Below are positions 53,591 to 64,000 of a DNA stretch of 64,000 nt, piece after piece. The DNA comes from Octopus sinensis. Lineage: Eukaryota. The stretch lies in NCBI RefSeq assembly GCF_006345805.1, contig NC_042997.1, positions 149,358,001-149,422,000 of the forward strand. Direction: 5' to 3'. The notes under the pieces were generated by a model. It was not told the DNA's origin. It ran no database searches and saw nothing but the letters and a program-made list of their open reading frames with translations. The position numbers and the translations under genes are program-made. Within the stretch, counting starts at the first letter, position 1, and each line of letters starts with the position of its first letter.

Positions 53591-56500
53591 CAAAGTGTGG
53601 AGAATGAAACAAGAAAACATTATTCCGCAATGTCAAGGCACAAAGTAAAAAAAAAGAAAAAGAAAGGCTAAAGTAAATAGTATAAGTGATAGGTAAAAAA
53701 ATATACATGAAGGTAATTCTATAGTATTAGTAAGATGTATTGAATTCCCACTCTCATATCTAAGTTAGTCGAATATTTAGAATTCAGTATACTACATCTT
53801 TTTTTTTTTTAACTTTCAACTGATTTTCAGTTATATACTTAAAATTTTATCCGGTGTCGGAGGTAAATAACCTGGGCTAACATTAAAACAATATTTTTCA
53901 CTTCCGTAAGTTTCAAATATCTACCTGAAGAAAGAGAGAAACTCCGCAAAATTAAAATACACAGAGGACTAACCAAAGATAACTGAATGCAATCTCCAGA
54001 GAACTGGAAATGCCATTCTTATGTCACTAAAACTGCAATCTACAATTCTACAAGAAAGTACATTTAATAATGCAGTCCTAGTGACACACTTTTTGAAGGG
54101 TTTGGCATAATCGGAATGGATATAATCGTGCTGGATACAACTTCCAGCACAGGTTCTATTTCAGCAGGTTGACCTGGATGTATACAACAACAGATATGGT
54201 TAAACATTCATAATACACAGATCTCTTCATTCTTTCTTATCTGCTAGTTTCCTTTACTGTTTCGATGATGATTCCATTGTAATTGCGTATTTCCTTTATA
54301 TTTTGATTTTCTTTGATAGATCCTCTTATAATTGTTGTTTTTGTTGTGTTTGCTTTTATTGCAGTGTAATTATATTTTTGTTGTTCGTAATATTTAAATA
54401 AAACACTCCATCATTATTGTTTTCACCATGATTTACTTTCTCTGTATTGTTGATTAATATAATATACTATATTAAATATTGATATGATTTTATTATATAC
54501 TTCATTTCCGTATTTTTCCTGTTCACTCGTTTTTCCTTTCATTTTCTGCCCCACCCACATACCCACATCTTCCTGTTTATTCTAGGCTGTTCTTATCACT
54601 ACCACCCTAATTACCATATATATAATTAGAGATGACCAATAACCGAGTCTAGGGCATTTTTTCCGGTTGATTGATAATAATTATCCTTTCTTCTATTCAA
54701 AATCATACATATTTCTTTGCAGCTGCGTTCATTGATATTGTTGTTGTTTCTTAATCATATATTTAATCATGGTGTTGTCATTTTGTCATTTATTTTGATT
54801 ATAGTTGTTGTTGGCAGAGTAGTTAATGATAATACTGGTGGTGAAGCTTGTGCTGCTGCTGCTGTCTTTGCGGGTGTTTTCATTATGTGTTTATATGAAA
54901 TATCTTAGTAATTACATTGGTGAGTAATTTCGTTCTATACATTTCATTGATTTGCCTGTATGCAACACTACCGACAATACAAGTTGGAAAAGCAATTCGA
55001 TCTTGCGTAGACAATATTTGAAGTAAGCTATGTACTGTTTTTTCTATATAGCTTTTGTATTAATAATAACGTTATATTTTTTTTATTCACTTATATATTC
55101 ATTTATTCATTGTTATATTTTTTAATTAATTAATCATCTTCGAAGTGTCTCACTGATTTTTTTATTTCTTTTGTTTCTTTTCAATATTTTCCTTCATGCG
55201 TTCAGCTGTTTGCGGAGAAAGGAGAGCGCGGTGAGGGAAGAAGGTTATAACACAGCAACACACTCACACACTTCCACCTGCGCTCATACGGAAATGCACA
55301 CCAGTATATACACAAGTGAACGTAACCCAGAATGGAGGTACATTCATGAATTTGTCGATGCGAACCAACGTGCCAGTATGGAAGCATACATAGACACACA
55401 CACACACACGAGCACACATACACACACAAACAAACACACACACATTTATATGTATACGTGTGTGTCTGTGTATGAATGTGTGTTGTTCCTGCCATTTTCT
55501 TTGTAAATCTATATGCTTATATTTGTGTATGTGTGTTTGTCCAAATGCACATTGTATAATTTTGCGTGTGCATGTGTCAGTGCATTTGTGTCTACGCATG
55601 CGTATCTTTTGCTAACGATTACTTATATATATATATATATATTTCACTTGAAATATTATACTGGGTAATCTGATTGCGTGACATCAAACCTCAATATTTA
55701 TGTTCGTGAAGTGGACATAGACTACTATAACTCAATAAATATATTCAACTGAAAGTGCGTATGTTTTAACTGTAAACTAGATTATCCATTTTGTTGCCCT
55801 AATATTGTCATCACTGATTACTTGTCTGTATAGCACAGACCATTTTACACGTAAAAATATGTATATTTCTCTACATGCTAAAAAGACAAACAAATGCATG
55901 CACATAATCATGTGTATATTTGTGTGAATGTGTGGGTATTTAATACAAAATAAAGACAATATTTTTGTTATATATGTTGCAAACAGCAGACGTGAATATA
56001 CATAAGTATAGAATAATTTCAAAGATGTGACGATAAATATTCAAATATCGCTGACCAAATTCATTTTCCTGTTAGATGGAGAAAAAGTGTAAAAATGTCA
56101 GGGCAGGAAAAGGAGGCGGAGAAAGATATTGGAAGTTAAAATGTTTCTAGACCAGAATATTTTTCTATACCACACAAGAAATATTACTGTGGGTTGAGTA
56201 TTGTATATTGTTCTCGTAAAGGAAATTTTTTCGTTTAAAGAATTGGGATATCGTAGGGACATGGAAGGGCGTGGCAGCAAATAATTTTGTTTTAACCCTT
56301 GATGCTCACATAAGCATATATTTAACCTAAAAAAATATGACTTTCGAAGACAATTACTAGATTGTGTTGCAATGCAAAAATGGTATGTATTATCTCCTGG
56401 GGATTAAAGTTTCTTCTATACATAATCAATGCCGGTCATGTGACGGGGGCCTTGTGCTTAAGACAAGGTAGCTTGAATTATACAAACACACACTTATATG

Positions 56501-57443
56501 CAAACATTAACTAATTACAATATCCGAGAAATCGCCGAGGGGCTGTGAATATGTCAATTAATTTATGTGGCCATTAATGTGCGTGTGTGTATAAACTTGC
56601 CCACAAGTATGGGCAAGCAAATAACGTCTGTATATATATACGCACAAATATATATAGTCTATGCGAATGTTTGCTTTCTTACAGATTTTGTGCGTGTCTG
56701 TGTGTATTCATCATGTACATGTCATTGTTTTCGTGTGTTCCATCTAGACGCCACAGAATCCGATTTCCTGGAATGATTACGAATGTCCCCCCCTATACTA
56801 CTCAAATCGTTTGCACAGCTCAGTGTATCTCTTATAATACACACGAAACACAATCTTTAAGTTGGATACAAGCGGCGTAAATTTATCTTTGGTTCACCAT
56901 AGATGATCGTTCCCATGATTTTAGACTAATTTACGTACCCGTCACACAGTAAACCTTTACGAAAGAGTATGGATTTTTTGCTGCCACATAGAAACTGCTA
57001 TACTTGGTTAATGATTTTACTCAAATATCGCAAGTGTTAATTATTCATGTCTGTGTGAATACATTCTCATTCTAGTATACCCAATAAGTGGCTATGTGGA
57101 CTAAGCCATCCTGTTTGTAGCATTGGAATTGGTGTTAACTGCAATATCATATCTTAATGGGATAGAAGTAGCATGTGGTTAGGAGTGATATCTTCCAAAC
57201 TGTTTTAGCTCAACCGATACTCTGTATCACAATGCGGTGGCTTGCAGATATCCTTAACTCGCTTGTTGTTTAGGCGTTTATTTCGTATTCAGGACAACAC
57301 AAATCGATCCTTCTATGTGAGAGTCTGTTGTAATGCATCTCCAGATGAGGCGACTATTAGTGTCAGTATCACTAGTATTCTCTAGATTGTGAGATAGGTT
57401 ATGTATGTACATATATGTAAATATAGCTATGAATATATATATA

Positions 57444-57474
<31 letters not shown>

Positions 57475-58647
57475 CATGAGCATATATAATGATACTTCTA
57501 GTGTATGTACACTCACGCCTATTAATTATACCCGCTTGCTAACAGTAGGTGTGTTCTATTTGGTCCATGTTCTTTTGGAGAAATATGAAACAGTGTTTTC
57601 TCGGATCCAAGTTTTTCTGGAACAGTAGATTTTAAGAGCATGTCAGAAAATGGTGTCGATTCTGTTTTCAACTCGTTCAGATGAGTTATATTCGATGATA
57701 GTAAGAAGTCTTCATTACAATACAGACTGATAATCACAGTTCAGAATCAAATGGATACATTCGTATCCTGTTTCTGAAGCTGAATACATAAAATGTGTTT
57801 GCAAAACCGCCCCGGATTCTAACAGTGTGTGTTGCCTAACTCCGTTTTAGAAATATTAAACAGCATAGAAACGGAGTATTCTTTGCCTCCATAAAACAAA
57901 GTAAAGCGAAAATATTTAAAAATTAGCACCGGTTTGTTATTAAGGATAAATCACACTAATGAATATACAAATTACAAACGATTACTATTTTATATGAAAT
58001 ACGTTTGCACATCAAATCTGTTCAAAATCTGAAGGGGACATAATGACAATTAGATACAAAATATTCTGCAGAATAAAAATTAGCGCTACATTATGTTATG
58101 GTGTTCTATCTTCTTCGCCGTGTGAAGTATCGCAAACACAGCTCTAGAGCAAATTATTCTTTTTGTACATAAACAGAGGTACATTCACTGAAAGACATAG
58201 ATACACTCATACAGACATGAACAATGTATAAACATAGACAAAAAACCCACGTCATTTTATGAAAAATGGTTGTCATTATTATATTCATTTTCCATATTGT
58301 GTCTAACAAGGACACAAAAAGAATTCCTCGAAGCCACTGTTGATAATAATCACCAGATATGTTCAGTGATCCATCACTTCTACGTCAGGCAGATATTTGT
58401 ATCTAATTGTTACTATCTCTTTCCTCATTGTTGCTCGGTAATTTCGTATATTACTATAAATTTGTTACTAGTGGAAAATGGCGTGTTATTAGCCGTATAT
58501 CCAGTATACAGTATCATTCTTGTTTCTAACTACGTACATCCACTTCAAATTGCCCTGTATGCATTAATATATATCTCAACGTATATATATATATATACAT
58601 AAATGCATATATATATAAACATATATGTACATACATACATATATATA

Positions 58648-58723
<76 letters not shown>

Positions 58724-60129
58724 CACGCACACCAAACACATACGCATGCATGGCGGGTGTTGGCAAGAATGTAAGCATTATGTATGTAAATGTGTGTGCT
58801 TGTCAGTATTGTTATTTGTGCATTGGTGTGTGCATATGTGGAGAGAGGAGTAAACGGTAAAATTAGATACATATGCATAAATGGTATTATATTTTGCTAT
58901 ACATAGTTTTGCATGCGCGCGTGTGTGTGTGTGTGGAGAGAGAGAGAGAGAGAGAGAGAGCAATGAATGAGAGCTGCGAGTGAGATTTAAACTAAAACTA
59001 ATAACTGCACGACAGAATTTCCTCTCCAGCTTCCAAATTATTTTTCTTTAACATGGTCTGTATCTCTCTATGTATCTCTGCTTCATACCTACTCTTCTCC
59101 CCCTCTCTCTCTCCCTCACAACTCCCTCCTCATTGGTTCACGTTCACAGATATGCCTCATTTTCTTTCCCTCTTTCTGGTTGACTTTCTTCCTTTTTTTT
59201 TCTCAATTCATTTATTTATTCATTTCTTCCGCTTTCAGAAAATATCATTCCTATTCGAAAGCCAACGGTTTGTAAACTGAATAAGCAGCAGCCACCATAT
59301 TAGCTCCGGTAGATGTAGAAGGGCGGAGGTGCTAGTGGAGGCTGATTTAGTTTCGACGTAATAGTATAGATGCTGTGATGCATTTTGTCCTGAACAAGAA
59401 TTAATGGTGCAAGAATAATACGGCCAGTGCAACTAATCACTCACAATGTAGTAAAATTCCATGCAAGTGCTTACATTATCATCTAGGTCTATCATTCTCA
59501 AGGAATCTAGCATTTCTAAATATTTTCTAGACCTCCCCAGTATTCTATGATAATATCACTCACATATGGCATTATTTCTACATGTCTATTCGTTCCACTT
59601 CCTCTTGACTACTTAGGATTGATGCATTCTCGTTAAGGTTTTTCGATTATTCAGGCATTTCTCGTTTCAATAACTTCTATGAATTTATAACTCACCTCTA
59701 CCCCATCTCTCATTTGACGGCGCTAGACAATACAATATGTTCCTTCCATCGTAATCAATGAGATTTGTATGAATACAAATATAAATATTTCAGATAAAAT
59801 ATGTTCTTCCACACAACCACCTTCACTACCCACTTCCACGAAGCCTAATATTATCATATGTGTCTGAGGCTCTTATTATTAGAGATTTCATATCTGGCTG
59901 CGAATATTTGTCTCAAATCAATTCAACATAAATTTATGTGCCTCTATAAATACTCTGACCACATACTAAATGTGAGTATAATGAAATTCTTAGGATCGTC
60001 TTATGTATGAATATATATATTGAAAAATACTTACACGTAGGAATAGAAGTACTTATGTAATTCTTTACATCATTAGTATCATTATTATTTTAGTTGTTTT
60101 TGTTGATTGATTAGGTTAGCATCGTTGCA

Positions 60130-60345
60130 AAAGCATTTGGCCCTCTGACAAAATTCGTAGAGGAAATTCTTTTGAGCTTCGAGCTTCTGCGCTCAAATCC
60201 TGAAAAGAGCAAATTGGCCTTTCATCAGTTCAAGGTTAATAAAATATAATTCAGTCAAGTACCGGAGTCAGTGGAGTCTTCTATGATAATGCGTTATGGT
60301 TAGTCTGCTCCATCACGAGTCATTGAAAAGATAAAAGATGAAAAA
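60130..60345 (+). mobile_element. Old SINE family B-like copy
   Basis: ctcaaatcc...ggcctttcatcagttcaaggttaataaaat...aagtacc...; tail gaaaagataaaagatgaaaa. Confidence 0.5.
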
Positions 60346-60364
60346 GCATTATTATTATTCACAG

Positions 60365-60449
60365 ATTTTGCTGGAACTCCTGGTGTCTTACATGCGTAGC
60401 GGGCTTGCTACCTGCAGCTTACAGTACCGTGCAATCCATTATTTTTCAG
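60365..60449 (+). CDS. Candidate internal exon (85 nt)
   Basis: attattattcacag|...TTTTCAG|gtatct; GC-richer than flanks; two frames open (ILLELLVSYMRSGLATCSLQYRAIHYFS or FCWNSWCLTCVAGLLPAAYSTVQSIIFQ). Confidence 0.35.
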
Positions 60450-61182
60450 GTATCTAATACTTTCCTGATTATTCTATCTATCTATCTTTCTATCTATACA
60501 TACATGCATATATATTATATGTAAATAGATATACTTGTCAATCAAATTCTAGCGCATTCTTGTTTTCTCAGTAACATTTCCGTTTTCAATTACCCTCAGG
60601 TTTTCATATTAACATTCAAGTAACAAGGTATGTTGTATCGTATTATTTATCTATATACACTTTCAGTGTTACAACACTTCTTGAGTGAACATTCTTTTAA
60701 AATCAATTCAATTGTTAGTTTTATTATATTGTTCCTTTCAACAACATTCATGTTTTATCCCCACCTCGTGGTGGTTGGTCGCAAACCGACAGCAACCATT
60801 TGTTTGGTGGTGTTGCGCAATTAATTGGAAAATTATAGATAATATAAGAACGGTTTGGGGGATGAAATCAAATTTATATTCAGTTCAATATATCGTTATT
60901 TATATCATCGTATTTTCAAACGCCTTTAAAATTTTGAACGATATTTCTTTTCTTTCTTTTCTCACTTCACATGAGGCATGTATTTTATAAAATTCAAATA
61001 TTAAAGCCATACATTAGAGATTGTTGCGAAGGATAAAATTCATTAAGAAAAAAAATACCGAATTTGCAAAAATCGTATTACGCTGGAAATTGAATGATTA
61101 ACAAAAACATTTATATAAACATGCGCGCGTGTGTATGTCTATGTGTGTGCGTGTGTATGCGTGTGTGTGTGTTCACGCGCGC

Positions 61183-61254
<72 letters not shown>

Positions 61255-62915
61255 CACTACTTTATGTACGCTGATCCTTTCTGTATGGCTGTATCCTGAG
61301 ATGAGGTGAAAGAAGTATTGTGTCTCTTTAACTCTGTAGAGTCGCACATGCGGTACACATTTCTCATTACTCTGATGAGGTCTGACATCAATATATTGAA
61401 TTTGGCATTGTCCGCGATAGCTGAGTTGCGATGGATCAGATATTTGGAGGCCATAGGTTTGGCATAATGTACATGGAGGATTTGGGTTCTATTATTCAGA
61501 TTCCAGCCAGAGTTCTATATCTAGTACTGGTAGTCTATGGTTAGGGTGTTTCGTAGGGTAGTCTATCGTGATCTTAATACTCTGGTAGATGGAGTTAACT
61601 ATTTGATGGATGTTCTCCATAGCATTAGTTTCTATTTCTATTTCAAGAGTACTCTCTTGTGGGGGTGCCTTTACCATTATGTTGATATCATCGACATAGC
61701 GAGAGTACATGTTCTTGAGTATGGATTTCTGTGTCAGGCATTCTTTAAGCCTCCAGTCCCACCATACCATGAACAGTTTGGCCATATCACCGACGATACT
61801 AATCTCGATAATTACCCCCTCATCTTGGGCAGATATTTTGTTGTTAAACTTAAACATGTGACCTTTTAGGGTAACTCTTACACTAATTCCTAGTGTATGT
61901 GGGATAATTTTCTTTACTTGGTATTCGTTTTCGGGGATCCGTATGTCTCTAGTCCATAGAAGTCTTCTTAGCCATAGATGTAATTATATACTGGGTGAGT
62001 CTACCTTTTAATCATCTACAGGGGTAGAAACTGTTTGTCTAGATATTCATTTTCATATGTCAGTCTAAGTAGGTGGCCCAGTTCCTCTGCGTTGACCTTA
62101 CGGAACTCCAATTATCCCCACGCATTTCTCCACCACAAAATCCACCTCGATGGATGCGTATAGGGATACCACATCTATGCTACCTACTATACACCCTGCA
62201 AGCTCACGGGTGTTGTTACTGTCGTTGATGCTACTGAGGTGATCTTCTGTGCTGTCACAAAAATCTGATGATATTTGGATTATGGGGCGTATGACCATTG
62301 AGAGAAAGTAGGAGATCCTATAGTTGCTAGTGATATTCGCTTCACAGATTCTGTCTTGTTGGCGTTCCTGCCACTGGATAAGTGGTTATTTTGTAGTCCT
62401 TGGGGAGTCCACACAGCGTCGGGATATCGTTGTTCCAGGATTGGAAATTATTGGCCGTGCGTATCTGAGGTTCAATAACAATTGTCCGCATCATCCTCTG
62501 GCAGTTGAGGACATTTTCTCTCTCCTCATGCGCCTGTAAAGACGTCATTTTCATATTCGCGATGTGAGGTTTCATTGCCAGGATGTAGTTCGGCCAGCTC
62601 TGTACAGACATCCTGCCGGACTTATCTGTGGGGCGGCAAACCACCTCTCCCTTCCTCGTGCGCTGTATGAGCTTACGTAGGCCACTCGTGGGTATATTCC
62701 CGAGTAGTTGGGTCTCTGTCATATTCTCTCTCTTGGTGTATAGTTCTAAAATTTGTCTCAGTTTAGTCTTAGCCATAGTGAATTGTGCTTCCGTGTGGTC
62801 ACAAGTGTGTTTTGGGATGCAGACCCTTTTGTTAAGGTATAGTGTTGTCGGATAAATCCGGCTCATGTTGTAAGATTTGACACATATGTTGAAGAACTGA
62901 GTGTCAAGGAGTGGT
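61255..62915 (-). mobile_element. Penelope-like element reverse transcriptase, decayed, with enlarged fingers region (Naiad-like)
   Basis: PTDKSGR...PTLCGLPKDYK...GSIDVVSLY...FKFNNKISAQDEG...RYVDD...LPVLDIELW...YAKPMASKYLIHRNSAI; several frameshifts and stops; ends at (TA)n. Confidence 0.93.
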
Positions 62916-64000
62916 TATTCATGTTGCTGGCCCTTCAAGTGACAAATCTTCTCAGAAATAGATATGCAGCGATGTAAATGAGAAAAATCCAGCTCGAAGG
63001 TTTGTTTCTATATCGATGAGTGTTATCAGCACAATGTTAAGAGACTTCATACTTAGAATCTACAAGCCATATACTGTAAACAAATTTTGTCAACCAAATT
63101 AATTTGCATAATTTAAACATAAATGGCAAAAAATATCACAAATTGAAACTGGAAAGTGGTATCAATATGGGCAATGAAGGGAAAATCTTGGACTGTCTGT
63201 TTTCGAAAGCCAAAACACTGCAAAGAACTGCATTGTGACTGGAGGTGTATTATAATACGCGAGAAGCTGTTCTATGCAGTGATATACATACATACATAAA
63301 CACATACACCCAAACACACACATACACGTTTGTGTGTATCTACAAATCTAATTGTATATATATACATATATATATATATATATGTATATATGACTATACG
63401 CACAGGCACATACACACATGCTCTCTCACACACACACACACAAAGGATATATCATACTCAGCAGATATTCTTCATTCAGGTGTAAATCAATAATTTATAA
63501 ATTATTTAATGACTTTAGAATCTTTAAGTCATTTGTTTCGTATACCATTTTGTTTTCACATGTCAGTGATAATCTTTTGTTTGTCTTTGATTTCGTGAGA
63601 TATTTATGGAGGCATACAATCCTCAAAACGGCTGACGAGAATAAAAACATAGTGTGGAGGTTTATTGGATATGTGTGATGAATCATATGGTGAGATGTTA
63701 TTTGTCATCGCTCTTTGATCTAATCATATATATTCTTGGCCAAGATAAAGTTTTTTGCTTCTTATATGCATTTCATGTACGAAGTAAGCAAGCAATTATG
63801 CACGCTCACAAACGCGCACATATGCTTTCGTTACAACACCTACGTGTTTATATTGGTTTTCTGAGAGGTTTGCACATCGTATGTTACGCCATATGTGTGT
63901 GGTGATTTTGTATTATTTACAGTATATGCGACGGAATCATCAAAATTACCTCAGGCCTTTTGTCTTTTGGCTGAAGATAGAAAGAAATCTATTGAGTGGT

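Noticed and set aside
63971-64000. CTGAAGA followed by a TAGA/TCTA stem as a hammerhead
   Set aside because: No GAAA after stem II, and the window ends.

Overview
AT-rich, repeat-saturated eukaryotic DNA, most likely a coleoid cephalopod (octopus). The taxon is inferred from two abundant tRNA-derived SINE families and the very high microsatellite density. I could not identify any complete host gene, rRNA, functional tRNA or CRISPR array; the window looks intronic or intergenic, with a few weak candidate exons. Almost all ORF-track calls are microsatellite translations or antisense frames of transposon relics. Recognisable elements: about 16 SINE copies of two main families, three distinct Dong/R4-type RLE LINE 3' fragments, three copies of an unnamed ~520 bp element embedded in (ATT/AAT)n, CR1-type LINE pieces, a full-length dead mariner with TIRs and TA TSD, other Tc1/mariner fragments, a Helitron-like 5' end, and Penelope-like (PLE) pieces. 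The PLE pieces include a decayed RT with an enlarged fingers region (Naiad-like) and two minimal hammerhead-ribozyme-like motifs. The most interesting unexplained structure: (1) co-oriented clusters of Dong/R4 fragments and the 520 bp element in TAA repeats, a possible LINE/non-autonomous partner pair; (2) three spacer-less fold-back palindromes at AT microsatellites; (3) apparent partitioning of microsatellite types between retroelement classes. All alignments and translations were done by eye.
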